Shown here piece by piece: positions 39,380 through 48,853 of a stretch of DNA of 64,000 bases. The position numbers were made by a program, and so were the translations under genes. Position 1 is the first letter of the stretch, and each line of letters opens with the position of its first letter. The stretch covers positions 290-64,289 of the forward strand of contig CAZDUA010000004.1 of assembly GCA_964508495.1 (NCBI GenBank). The letters run 5' to 3'. Under the pieces are notes generated by a model. That model was not told the DNA's origin, did no database searches, and saw only the letters and a program-made list of their open reading frames with translations. Source of the stretch: an uncultured Methanosarcinales archaeon. GTDB lineage: Archaea > Nanobdellota > Nanobdellia > Woesearchaeales > ARS49.

Positions 39380-39959
39380 TAGTAACGTACACCTGGCCCT
39401 CTTTTTTCAACGCGTCCTTCTTGACCAAGCCTTCAACAAAAGGCTTCAACTCATCAACGCCAATACCCAAATAATTCGAAAGCTCGTCCAAAGACTGAGG
39501 CTTCATATTGCAAACAAATTTGATAAAATTATGAACAATATTCAAAGCATTCTTGTCCAAAACCTGCTTCTGAGCCGTCAAACCCTTCAGCATCATATCA
39601 GTCTGGTGCAGTTTAGCCTGCAAGTCATTAACAAAATCCTCAAATTGCGCCATGTCAATACTCAACTGTTCAGGACTCATGATCTCAACAGTACTCGGCA
39701 TTGTGTCAAAACAGAAATCCAAAAGCTCCTGAGGGTCCTTAAACGATATCTGCAACTCAACAAACTGAGTAAAAAGCTTATCAGCAGGCACAGGCTCGGC
39801 ATACTTCTCAAGCTGAACGTCCAAACCACCCTGCTTAAGCTTATCAACATGGTCCTGCAAAGCCTTAGCTATGTATTCCTTAGGAGCGCCAAGTATTTCC
39901 ACTATACACCTAGCCACAATCTTCTGTCGTTCCATACCGGTAGTGCGAGCAATGACCAA
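39372..39959 (-). CDS. hypothetical protein (195 aa) upstream of scpB
   Basis: Overlaps the scpB start. The C-terminal part looks winged-helix-like (LDELSNYLGIGVDELKPFVEGLVKKDALKKEG). No ScpA motifs recognised. Confidence 0.45.
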   Translation of the reverse strand: MVIARTTGMERQKIVARCIVEILGAPKEYIAKALQDHVDKLKQGGLDVQLEKYAEPVPADKLFTQFVELQISFKDPQELLDFCFDTMPSTVEIMSPEQLSIDMAQFEDFVNDLQAKLHQTDMMLKGLTAQKQVLDKNALNIVHNFIKFVCNMKPQSLDELSNYLGIGVDELKPFVEGLVKKDALKKEGQVYVTNG

Positions 39960-40056
39960 TTATAAAGCTTTTCATTCGACAAAATGGCTTAAGTTGTTAT
40001 CGTCAAATAGTTACAAAAGCTTATAATGACAAATAAAAAAGACAGAACGGGGTGAA

Positions 40057-40569
40057 ATGATGGCACTATTTGGTTTTCTAAAGAAAAAACGTGAAGAAGA
40101 GCTACCAATGCCACCTCCACCAACACCTCCAGAAATGCCACCAATGATGAGAGGAGACATAGACTCGATAAGAGCGCCTTCTCCAGAAATGGCACAATTC
40201 TCAATGCCAGGAATGGAACACGAAGAACCACCATTACCGGAATTACCACTAGCTCTTCCAGCACCTGCGGAGGAAAGAGAGGTACGAATATTCGACAGGA
40301 CAATCAGACCAGAAGAGCGTGAAGAACCAACAGAAACGGTAAGACCGCCAGTCAGGCCAACATTCGTAGCAGTAGAAGACTACAAAAGAATCATCAATGA
40401 CACAAACATGATAAGATCAAAACTAATGGACGCAGAAAACTTCGTAAAAAGACTAAGCGACCTAAAAAACGAAGAAGAAAGAGCGTTTGAGAAATGGAGA
40501 GTACAACTCGAAGACGTCGAGAAAAAACTAAATTACGTTGACCAGCTAATAGCAAAAGCAGAAAGGTGA
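40057..40569 (+). CDS. Pro-rich / coiled-coil protein, paralog 1 of 3
   Basis: N-terminal LFGFLKKK, then a Pro-rich linker, then a C-terminal 65-aa helical module FVAVEDYKRII...WRVQLEDVEKKLNYVD. Confidence 0.55.
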   Translation: MMALFGFLKKKREEELPMPPPPTPPEMPPMMRGDIDSIRAPSPEMAQFSMPGMEHEEPPLPELPLALPAPAEEREVRIFDRTIRPEEREEPTETVRPPVRPTFVAVEDYKRIINDTNMIRSKLMDAENFVKRLSDLKNEEERAFEKWRVQLEDVEKKLNYVDQLIAKAER

Positions 40570-40805
40570 TTATTATGGATGAAACAAGAGCGCCAGTGTT
40601 TGTCAAAATCGACGAGTACAAAGATATAGTAGACATTATGACATTAATGAGAGATAAGCTCAGACAAGCCAAGTTCCTTCTAGACAAGATTGCAGAACTG
40701 AAAGCACAGGAAGACTCAGAACTAGCAACCTGGGCAAAAGAACTCGAAGACGTCGAAGCAAGAGTATCAAGCGTTGACAAAACACTCTCACAACCAAGCC
40801 TATAA
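40566..40805 (+). CDS. small coiled-coil protein, paralog 2 of 3
   Basis: FVKIDEYKDIV...WAKELEDVEARVSSVD aligns with the C-terminus of the preceding protein. 4-nt gene overlap. Confidence 0.55.
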   Translation: MIIMDETRAPVFVKIDEYKDIVDIMTLMRDKLRQAKFLLDKIAELKAQEDSELATWAKELEDVEARVSSVDKTLSQPSL

Positions 40806-41179
40806 TGGAAGAAGAATTATTCTTTGTCGGAATCCGGGACCCAATAGAAATGAGGAAAGAGCTACTCACGTGCTCTAAAGACTTAATTGATTCTTTAAGA
40901 CGATACGAACAATACAAAGACGTCAAAGAACAAAAATTACAAAACATAATGGAACTAAAAAGAGTGTTTGACGAATTATTAGTTCTTAATAAAAAAATGA
41001 GAAATCATTTACCACGAACACCACTCAGAGCACCACCAGCGATAAGAGAAATGGCACGCGAAGAAAGAAGACCAGTTGCCAAAGGCAAACAAACACCAAT
41101 CAAGTTCACACGAAGCAAAATAGACGTTCTCGAAGAAGAACTATCAAAAATAGAACAAAGACTAGGAAGCTTAGAGTAA
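40805..41179 (+). CDS. small coiled-coil protein, paralog 3 of 3 (more divergent)
   Basis: FFVGIRDPIEMRKELL... helical module plus a second C-terminal helix IDVLEEELSKIEQRL. Start overlaps the previous stop. Confidence 0.5.
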   Translation: MEEELFFVGIRDPIEMRKELLTCSKDLIDSLRRYEQYKDVKEQKLQNIMELKRVFDELLVLNKKMRNHLPRTPLRAPPAIREMAREERRPVAKGKQTPIKFTRSKIDVLEEELSKIEQRLGSLE

Positions 41180-41184
41180 ATAAA

Positions 41185-42192
41185 TTAATCTCCTTCTATG
41201 TAATCAATCCACTTTTCATAATCTTTGGGCGTAACTATTATGCTGTTTTCAGGTATAGTTAATTTAGCATCGGATAGCTTGACATTTTTTGCACCTTGTT
41301 TACCATAAACTGTATCGAAATCGTAAGAAGTTCTAGTCACAAGCTTTCCATCTTTATCCAATTCATCTATTACTAACGGCAGATGGAATTGATTATCAAA
41401 GCGGAACACAATAAATTGCCCGAGTTTTGCTTTGTGCGAAAATTTGATTGAAAGAGAAGATTCAACACTTCCACCCGCCCACGATAAAATTTGCGTCGTG
41501 GTATCAATTTCCGCAGGAGCATTGGTAGCATATTCTTTCATAAGATCAACTGGGCTTTTAACATAGAACGGTTCGAAAAGACGAATAAGTTCGGACTCCT
41601 TCGCATCATACCAATATTTGTTGAATTCTATTGGGATCTTTGTCTTGTCAATATTCTTATCTCCAGTGAAATTGAGATTGAAGAATGCAGGCAGATAAAC
41701 GTTTTTCATTCCTTTGCTCTTCATTTCTTCCTTTGTCTTATAACTATTCCACCAATTTTCTTCAATTTCGCAACAGTTCACATAGATACTCTTTGTTTCT
41801 ATATCCCAGTACATCAGTCGATAGAAATAATTCCAGTACTGGTCATACCAAAATCCAGTGCTACGCTTTGTTCCTTGCACCGCAACACCTATTTGACCAT
41901 CACTGAACCAATAAGTAGTAGGTGCCTTATCCAAAAGTTCCTGCATTTTTGTTTTTCCAATTGCGGGTGGTGGAGTTTCAGTAGAGATTGGAGGAGGAGT
42001 TTCATCCTCGATAGGTTTTGTTTCAATAGGTGTTTGCACTGGACAATCTTGAATGGACGACGCGGTACTCCCATCCCAACATTGAACAATGACTTTTTCA
42101 ACAACCTTTTCTGGTACTTGTTGAACTTGAGGTGCACAGGATACCAAAAGAACTAGTAAAAACAATGTAAAAACCGATGATAACGCCCGCAT
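41185..42192 (-). CDS. predicted lipoprotein, paralog of 7209..8327
   Basis: Lipobox LVSC followed by APQVQ, and full-length similarity to the 372-aa protein. Confidence 0.6.
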   Translation of the reverse strand: MRALSSVFTLFLLVLLVSCAPQVQQVPEKVVEKVIVQCWDGSTASSIQDCPVQTPIETKPIEDETPPPISTETPPPAIGKTKMQELLDKAPTTYWFSDGQIGVAVQGTKRSTGFWYDQYWNYFYRLMYWDIETKSIYVNCCEIEENWWNSYKTKEEMKSKGMKNVYLPAFFNLNFTGDKNIDKTKIPIEFNKYWYDAKESELIRLFEPFYVKSPVDLMKEYATNAPAEIDTTTQILSWAGGSVESSLSIKFSHKAKLGQFIVFRFDNQFHLPLVIDELDKDGKLVTRTSYDFDTVYGKQGAKNVKLSDAKLTIPENSIIVTPKDYEKWIDYIEGD

Positions 42193-42224
42193 TTCAACCA
42201 GTAAAGGTTTTATATTTAAAAACG

Positions 42225-42680
42225 TTATTGAATTTTCAATTCTTTCTCAAGAATACCGCCATCAGGAGCCCAGACAAAAGTTGCAGTTACAAACTTTCCT
42301 TCTAAAACAGGCGGAAGCCAATGAGCATCACTAATCCACATCTGAGGATAAGGAAGATTATTTGCTGAAAACCATTCAGGCTTCATTTCCTCGCTCTCAG
42401 TTGGAACACCAGACCATTTATCAGAAACAAAAACGTGCACAACCTGGTCCCACTCAGGCTTATGCGGAAATTTAAAAGTCAGTTCAGCGTGTTTTTTCAT
42501 CTGTTCTGCAACAAGACCTGATTCCTCTTTAAGCTCGCGCAAAGCACCCTGTTCAACAGTCTCATTCAGTTCAACCTTGCCACCAAAACCATTCCACTTA
42601 CCAGCACCAAGACCCTTCTTTTTCATACCAAGAAGAATTCTACTACCATCACGGATTATACAGATAGTTGCGTTGCGCAT
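42225..42680 (-). CDS. NUDIX hydrolase (MutT-like)
   Basis: Nudix box GGKVELNETVEQGALRELKEESGL. Confidence 0.85.
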   Translation of the reverse strand: MRNATICIIRDGSRILLGMKKKGLGAGKWNGFGGKVELNETVEQGALRELKEESGLVAEQMKKHAELTFKFPHKPEWDQVVHVFVSDKWSGVPTESEEMKPEWFSANNLPYPQMWISDAHWLPPVLEGKFVTATFVWAPDGGILEKELKIQ

Positions 42681-42684
42681 AAAA

Positions 42685-42797
42685 TGCGGGGGGCAGGATT
42701 CGAACCTGCGAAGGCACTAAGCCAATAGCTTTCACCACAATCAACTATGGCAAGATGTGCTTGAGGCTATCCCCTTTGACCGCTCGGGAACCCCCGC
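42685..42797 (-). tRNA. tRNA-Leu (CAA) with a 29-nt intron at the canonical 37/38 position
   Basis: GCGGGGG...ATAGC-CTCAAG[intron 42731-42759]A-GCTAT, a long variable arm, T-arm GCAGGTTCGAATCCTGC, and acceptor CCCCCGC-A. Confidence 0.85.
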
Positions 42798-42833
42798 GAT
42801 AATAGAATGAGTTCTAGTGTTCTTTTTTAAATC

Positions 42834-43166
42834 TTATGTCGTCGAAACAGAATATTCATTACAAATTCTTTTCGCATCAGGATTCGTCTGGCCAGGACAT
42901 TTCGTCGCAAGTTCGAACTCCAACAAGTCCTCAGTCATAGCTCTCAAAGCAGCATAATCGCTTGCAGAAGCACCGCCCTGCTGGTAATACATGCTGTCCT
43001 CGCGAATAGGATTGTAAACGGCGCCTTGACCAACGCCAATTGACTGGCCACCACCAATGCCTTGAACAGCACCAGTAGCATCATCCCGCATACCAATAAA
43101 AGCCAAAGTACCAAGAGCTAATAACGCGACAACCAACAAAGACGACATTGAAGCTTTCTTGTTCAT
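42834..43166 (-). CDS. small secreted/anchored protein (110 aa)
   Basis: N-terminal hydrophobic signal/anchor SLLVVALLALGTLAF. Gly-rich. Confidence 0.45.
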   Translation of the reverse strand: MNKKASMSSLLVVALLALGTLAFIGMRDDATGAVQGIGGGQSIGVGQGAVYNPIREDSMYYQQGGASASDYAALRAMTEDLLEFELATKCPGQTNPDAKRICNEYSVSTT

Positions 43167-43276
43167 AATCTCACAAGCTATACTAATCAGAAATCACAAC
43201 ATAAAGACTACGCACTTACAGTACGTTTTCTCATACTGGGGCAAGGTTTAAATGACAGCAATAGTAGCAAGGCGCT

Positions 43277-44617
43277 ATGAGCGTAGAAATAGCAGCAGTA
43301 GGCGGATGGGGAGAAGTCGGCAGGAACATGACCGCAGTGAAAATAGAAGACGAAGTAATACTCTTCGACATGGGATTGCACCTGCCAAACTACATAGCAC
43401 TAACAGAAGAAGAAATGGGCGAGTTCAGAAAACTAACAGAATCCGGCCTCAAAAAAGCAGAAGCAATACCCCAAGACGGTGCAATAAAAGACTGGAAGCC
43501 AAACGTCCTAGCAATCGTACTCACACATGCACACCTAGACCACATGGGAGCAGCGCCTTACATGGCAGCAAAATACGACGCGCCAATAATATGCACTCCA
43601 TTCACAGCAGCAGTCATGAGAACCATCTGCAGAGACGAAAAAATAGATTTACCAAACAAAATAATAGCGCTCAAACCGGGACAAACAATGCCCTTATCAA
43701 AGAACATTAAACTAGAATTCTGCCACATAACACACAGCACGCCACAAACAATAATCGCAACACTACACACAAAACACGGCGTCATAATGTACGGAAACGA
43801 CTACAAACTCGACTTACACCCAACCTTAGGAAGCCCCGCAAACTTTGAACACCTAAAAAATCTGGGAGAAAACGGAGTGCTAGCACTAATACAAGACTGC
43901 CTTTACGCCGGCGAGAACAGAAGAACGCCAAGCGAACAAGTAGCAAAAGACATGCTAAAGGACCTGCTAATGGGCATGGACAGCAAAGGAAAAGGAATAA
44001 TCATAACAACATTCGCAAGCCACATAGCGCGACTAAAATCAATAGCAGAATTCGGCAAAATGCTAAACAGAAAAGTAGTCTTCATGGGAAGAAGCACGGC
44101 AAAATACTGTTACGCGGCAAAAGACGCAGACGTCATTGATTTATTCAAACAAGCAGAAATAATCGGGTACTCAAGACAAATAAGAAGAAAGCTCGAAGAA
44201 ATACAAGCAAAGGGCAAAGACAAATACTTAATTGTGGTATCAGGACACCAGGGAGAACCACAAAGCGCGCTAAGCAAAATGATAGACGGCGTGTACAACT
44301 GGAAATTCACACCAGACGACCAAGTAATCTTCAGCTCGCACATCATACCAGCAGAAATCAACCAAAGACAAAGAGCGATAATGGAAGAAAAACTTAAAAA
44401 ACTAGGCGTAAAAATGTACAAAGACATACACGTCTCAGGACACAGCTCACGAGAAGACCTAAAAGACATGCTAAAAATGATTAAACCAAAAAACATACTC
44501 CCAACACACGGCGAAAAAACCATGATGAACGCGTTCAACACACTCGCACAAGAAGAAGGCTACACATTAAACAAAAACCTCCATCCGCTGACGAATGGTC
44601 AAAGAATCAAATTGTAA
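43277..44617 (+). CDS. rnj: RNase J (metallo-beta-lactamase/beta-CASP)
   Basis: LTHAHLDHMGAAPY (HxHxDH), beta-CASP motifs, C-terminal HVSGHSSRED, and an archaeal RNase J size of about 450 aa. Confidence 0.85.
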   Translation: MSVEIAAVGGWGEVGRNMTAVKIEDEVILFDMGLHLPNYIALTEEEMGEFRKLTESGLKKAEAIPQDGAIKDWKPNVLAIVLTHAHLDHMGAAPYMAAKYDAPIICTPFTAAVMRTICRDEKIDLPNKIIALKPGQTMPLSKNIKLEFCHITHSTPQTIIATLHTKHGVIMYGNDYKLDLHPTLGSPANFEHLKNLGENGVLALIQDCLYAGENRRTPSEQVAKDMLKDLLMGMDSKGKGIIITTFASHIARLKSIAEFGKMLNRKVVFMGRSTAKYCYAAKDADVIDLFKQAEIIGYSRQIRRKLEEIQAKGKDKYLIVVSGHQGEPQSALSKMIDGVYNWKFTPDDQVIFSSHIIPAEINQRQRAIMEEKLKKLGVKMYKDIHVSGHSSREDLKDMLKMIKPKNILPTHGEKTMMNAFNTLAQEEGYTLNKNLHPLTNGQRIKL

Positions 44618-44682
44618 CTACTCCAGCACAATAAAGCATTTAAATATCGAATGTCCGAAAATTCTAAACAGGGGGGTATAAA

Positions 44683-45429
44683 ATGAGGCTAGTACTAGCA
44701 GATCCAACATTACTAAAAGACAGCATATCAGTCATATCAGACCTAGTTAATGAAGCAAGATTCAAAATAACACGCGACGGACTAGAAATGATAGCAATGG
44801 ACCCTGCAAACGTCGCAATGGTCATATACAAACTCCTATCAAGCAGTTTCACAGAATACGACGTTCCAAAAGAACAAGAAATAGGAATCAACCTAGCAAA
44901 CTTCAAACAAATACTAAGAAGGGTAGGAGCGAGCGACATACTAACACTAGAAGTAACAAGCGAAAACAAACTCCAAATACAACTAAAAGGCGGAACAACA
45001 AGAACATTCTCACTGCCACTAATTGAATTAGAAGAAAAAGAACAGAGAGTGCCAAGCCTCACATTCCCTGTAATGATAAGCACGAACAGCTCAATACTCA
45101 ACGACGCAATATCAGACGCAGACATAGTAGCAGAAAGTGTAACACTGGCAGCAGAACCAGACAAGTTCACAATCTCAGCAGAAGGAGACTTAAGCAAAGC
45201 ACACATAGAAATCAAACACGGAGAAGACACAAAAATCAAAAGCGAATCACCAGCTAAGATAAAGGCAAAGTATTCAATAGAATACTTGAAGAAAATGATT
45301 AATGCTGGAAAGCTAGCGAACGAAGTCAGCATATTCTTCAACCAAGACTACCCATTGAAACTAGAATACAAAGTAATGGACAAACTGCTCCTAAGCTTCA
45401 TTCTCGCACCAAGAGTAGAAAACGATTAA
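44683..45429 (+). CDS. pcn: DNA polymerase sliding clamp PCNA
   Basis: 248 aa with a two-domain pattern: N-terminus LLKDSISVISDLVNEARFKITRDGL, and C-terminus LKLEY...LLSFILAPRVE. Confidence 0.9.
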   Translation: MRLVLADPTLLKDSISVISDLVNEARFKITRDGLEMIAMDPANVAMVIYKLLSSSFTEYDVPKEQEIGINLANFKQILRRVGASDILTLEVTSENKLQIQLKGGTTRTFSLPLIELEEKEQRVPSLTFPVMISTNSSILNDAISDADIVAESVTLAAEPDKFTISAEGDLSKAHIEIKHGEDTKIKSESPAKIKAKYSIEYLKKMINAGKLANEVSIFFNQDYPLKLEYKVMDKLLLSFILAPRVEND

Positions 45430-45435
45430 AATTAC

Positions 45436-47286
45436 ATGCTACGAACAATAGAAGAACCAATCGTGTATTTTGCAGGACCAGAAGTCTTCAACACAAATAG
45501 AGACGACTGGGCATTCGCAGAAGAATGGGGGAAAAAGCAAGGATTTCGAGTTCTACACCCCGCAAGACACAGCTACCTGAAAGACCAGCAAAAAATCTAT
45601 GAAAGATGCCGTGCAGACGCAAGAGACTGCGACGTAATAGTAGCAGACATAAACGACTTCCGTGGCAGATGCATGGACGACGGAACAGCAGTAGAACTAG
45701 GAATGTCGCACAGAAGCGGAGCAGTCATACTCGGCTACAAAGAAAGAAAAGAAGACCCGATTCTCAGACACGGCGAGCCAAGACCACTCGAAAAAATAGT
45801 ACAAACACCAGAAGGACCGGTTACTGAACACCTCCACGTTGACGAAAAAGGCTATTTCATAGAAGGAAAAACTGATAGAAATCTAATGCCGATGAGCAGT
45901 CTAAACGTGCCGCCATTCTACGGACCAAGAGAACAAGCACTAGAAGAAATCGCGATGTACATTAAGAAAAACGTCAAAGGGTGGTACAGACACGAAGACC
46001 CACTGTTAGGAAGAAAACTATTGCCGCCAAACTCCATAGAAGTCTTTGAAACAATAACTCCAAACTACGAAGTAGACATGACAAGATGGCGAGCAATAAT
46101 AGAACACCCAATGATGAGACGCCTAAGAGAAGTCAAACAACTAGGCGCCATGATATGGGAATACCCAGACGCGACCCATTCAAGATACGCACACTCAGTC
46201 ATGACATTCAAATTCACATACGACATGCTCAGACATTTAAGACTAAGCGAAGAAGAAAAAAGACACGTGCTCGCATATGGACTTTTGCATGACCTAGGGC
46301 ACACACCATACAGCCACGAGCTTGAAGAAATAGCAGAACTAGACCAAATGGAAGCGGCAAAAGAAATTCTAAAAGAAGAAAGCTTCCAAAAAGCACTCAA
46401 AGAATGCGACATAAACTTAGAAATGCTTCTAACATTCTTCGACAAGAAAAACCCATTAAGAGCAATAGTAAGCGACAAAGTACTTGGCACGGACAAACTA
46501 TCATACCTACTGCGAGACGGCATAGCAACAGGAAAAGGAGGCTATGACAATATAGAACTGCTCATAGAACATACGGTTTACGAAAACGGAATGTTAGGAG
46601 TAGATGAAAGAGCGGCAGACAGCGCGCTAAAGCAAATACAACTCTACCATACAACATACGCAAGCACGTACTTCAGCCCATCAACAAGACTAAGCCAAAG
46701 AATATTCACACTCTTAGGACAAATAGGAATGGATGCAGGCGTACTAAAGCCAGGATGGAACAAGCTAAACGACCTATGGTACGACCACCTGAACATACAG
46801 GCAGAAGAACAAGGAAACCAAGAACTCAAAAAACTCGGAGCCGACGGCATTGTCAAACAAGCATACAAATGCGTCGGCAGTTTGAGACTCAAAGGAGCAG
46901 AAAATCTTGAAGAATCAGGCATTCACGTAGAAAACATAACAGAAGAAGAATACACAAAATTCCTGACAGTAATACCAGTAAGAGAAAGAAAAAAACTGGA
47001 AGAAATACTCTGCGAAGAAGCAGGAGTAAAACCACTAGACCTGCTGATAGCACCAGGAGGAAGATTGAATAAACTGAAAATAGACGATACGTGGGTATTC
47101 AGAAGACAGGGACCGCCGATAAGACTGCTGGCAGACATGCACCCGGACATCAAACAAGCACTAGAAAATGAAGCAAGAAAGAACGCAGTCTCATTGAGAT
47201 TTTACGCGCGAAACGAGTCTGCAGAAAAAGTCGCAAAAAAACTGCCAGAACTAATTGAAAAACTCAGAGAAATAATAGCAGCATAG
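45436..47286 (+). CDS. fusion: nucleoside 2-deoxyribosyltransferase-like domain + HD-domain (SAMHD1/dGTPase-like) phosphohydrolase
   Basis: N-terminus VYFAGPEVF...DDGTAVELGM (NDT/Rcl-like). From about aa 230: HSRYAHSVMT...GLLHDLGHTPYSHELE and DKLSYLLRD (HD dNTPase-like). Confidence 0.7.
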   Translation: MLRTIEEPIVYFAGPEVFNTNRDDWAFAEEWGKKQGFRVLHPARHSYLKDQQKIYERCRADARDCDVIVADINDFRGRCMDDGTAVELGMSHRSGAVILGYKERKEDPILRHGEPRPLEKIVQTPEGPVTEHLHVDEKGYFIEGKTDRNLMPMSSLNVPPFYGPREQALEEIAMYIKKNVKGWYRHEDPLLGRKLLPPNSIEVFETITPNYEVDMTRWRAIIEHPMMRRLREVKQLGAMIWEYPDATHSRYAHSVMTFKFTYDMLRHLRLSEEEKRHVLAYGLLHDLGHTPYSHELEEIAELDQMEAAKEILKEESFQKALKECDINLEMLLTFFDKKNPLRAIVSDKVLGTDKLSYLLRDGIATGKGGYDNIELLIEHTVYENGMLGVDERAADSALKQIQLYHTTYASTYFSPSTRLSQRIFTLLGQIGMDAGVLKPGWNKLNDLWYDHLNIQAEEQGNQELKKLGADGIVKQAYKCVGSLRLKGAENLEESGIHVENITEEEYTKFLTVIPVRERKKLEEILCEEAGVKPLDLLIAPGGRLNKLKIDDTWVFRRQGPPIRLLADMHPDIKQALENEARKNAVSLRFYARNESAEKVAKKLPELIEKLREIIAA

Positions 47287-47321
47287 AAAGCATTATAAAT
47301 TCTTCACTACTATCAAGTAGT

Positions 47322-48164
47322 ATGAAGTATATTCAGCTCCTAAGACCAAAACAATGGTACAAGAATTTGCTTGTATTCCTGCCATTAATATTCTCAGGAA
47401 ATTTAACTAATTTAACAGCAATGGGACAATCAATGCTCGCATTCGCAAGCTTCTGCGCGTTATCATCTGCAACATACGTCATCAATGATTACGCAGACAA
47501 AAACAAAGACAGACTGCACCCAGAAAAATGGAACAGGCCAATAGCATCAGGAAAAATAGGACTAACAGGAGCAGTCCTATCAATATTTTTACTTCTCGCA
47601 ATCGGATTCGGAATATCTCTAATGCTGCCGATTAACTTCTTGTACGCAGCACTCGGCTATTTTGTACTATCACAATTATACACAGCATGGCTAAAACACG
47701 AAGCGTTCGCAGACATACTGACGATTTCGATTAATTTTGTGATAAGAGCAGTCGCAGGAGCATTCGCAATCAAAGTCTGGGTAAGCCCCTGGTTAATCCT
47801 AGGAGTATTCTTCCTCGCACTATTTTTGATGTTGGGAAAAAGAAAAAGCGAACTATGGCTATTAAAAGAAAGCGCGACAATACAACGCAAAACATTAGAA
47901 GCATACTCAAAAGAAGTCGTTTCAAGACTCAGCACGCTGGCAACAACAGCACTAGTAATCTCATACACGCTTTTTGCATTCTTCGGAGAACACCAATTAC
48001 TATTCATAACACTCCCAATAGCACTTTACTCAATATTCAGATATGAAGCGCTGATAAATTCAGGAAGCAAAATAGCAAGACAGCCAGAATACGTATTCAC
48101 AGACGGGAGAATGCTAATCGCAATGCTGATCTGGCTCGCACTCACACTAACAGCATTATACTAA
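47322..48164 (+). CDS. UbiA-family prenyltransferase
   Basis: About eight TM helices. VINDYADKNKDRLHPEKWNRPIASG (Asp-rich motif 1). Confidence 0.8.
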   Translation: MKYIQLLRPKQWYKNLLVFLPLIFSGNLTNLTAMGQSMLAFASFCALSSATYVINDYADKNKDRLHPEKWNRPIASGKIGLTGAVLSIFLLLAIGFGISLMLPINFLYAALGYFVLSQLYTAWLKHEAFADILTISINFVIRAVAGAFAIKVWVSPWLILGVFFLALFLMLGKRKSELWLLKESATIQRKTLEAYSKEVVSRLSTLATTALVISYTLFAFFGEHQLLFITLPIALYSIFRYEALINSGSKIARQPEYVFTDGRMLIAMLIWLALTLTALY

Positions 48165-48607
48165 CGCTTAGTACCAAAATAGAACATCTTCTGAATGTCA
48201 ACATCACTGGACGTGAACTTACCCTGACGAGGATGGTCTTCCTTAACCTCAGTCTTCAAAGGGACTTGCTGCTCTTTTGGCCTAGGAGGAGCCTGCTCGT
48301 GCAACTTACGAATCTCAGATTTTATAGATTCAAGCTCCTGAGCAAGACTGCCCAAAGCAGAACGCAACAAATGAATCTCCTGCACATACTTCTTATTATT
48401 CTGCTCCAAAATAAGCTCAAAACGCCTCTCCGCAAGAGAATCAATCTTTTGAACAACAACAGGCTGAACTTCAGAAACAACAGGAGCTTCCTGTTCAGCA
48501 AAAACTTGCTCTGCCTGCTGATACGCATCCTCGCTTGACACGGCAAAATTATGCTTTTTCAGATCACTAGCCAGCGCGTTAATCTTCTGCAACTTAAAAA
48601 CGTCCAT
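48161..48607 (-). CDS. coiled-coil protein (148 aa)
   Basis: Heptad-rich helical sequence. Last gene of a three-gene minus-strand operon. Confidence 0.45.
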   Translation of the reverse strand: MDVFKLQKINALASDLKKHNFAVSSEDAYQQAEQVFAEQEAPVVSEVQPVVVQKIDSLAERRFELILEQNNKKYVQEIHLLRSALGSLAQELESIKSEIRKLHEQAPPRPKEQQVPLKTEVKEDHPRQGKFTSSDVDIQKMFYFGTKR

Positions 48608-48853
48608 TTACTCTCCTCCATTCAATTCAAGATAACCATTCCTCATCACAAAACGCCTGCCAGAAACCGGAGAACTGGGCCGCGTACTAACAGGAGGCAG
48701 GTGCTCACGTCGAACACCATCAAGCTGAACAGAACACTTAACACAATACAATTTGCCACCATCACGCTTAGCTATACAAAACTCACAAATGCGCTTACCG
48801 CACCACATACAACCACCAATGTGGTCCTTCCTATGCTTATCACATTTTATCAT
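48608..48853 (-). CDS. zinc-ribbon / B-box-like Cys-rich protein (81 aa)
   Basis: CDKHRKDHIGGCMWCGKRICEFCI...LYCVKC has at least eight Cys/His ligand candidates. Confidence 0.5.
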   Translation of the reverse strand: MIKCDKHRKDHIGGCMWCGKRICEFCIAKRDGGKLYCVKCSVQLDGVRREHLPPVSTRPSSPVSGRRFVMRNGYLELNGGE

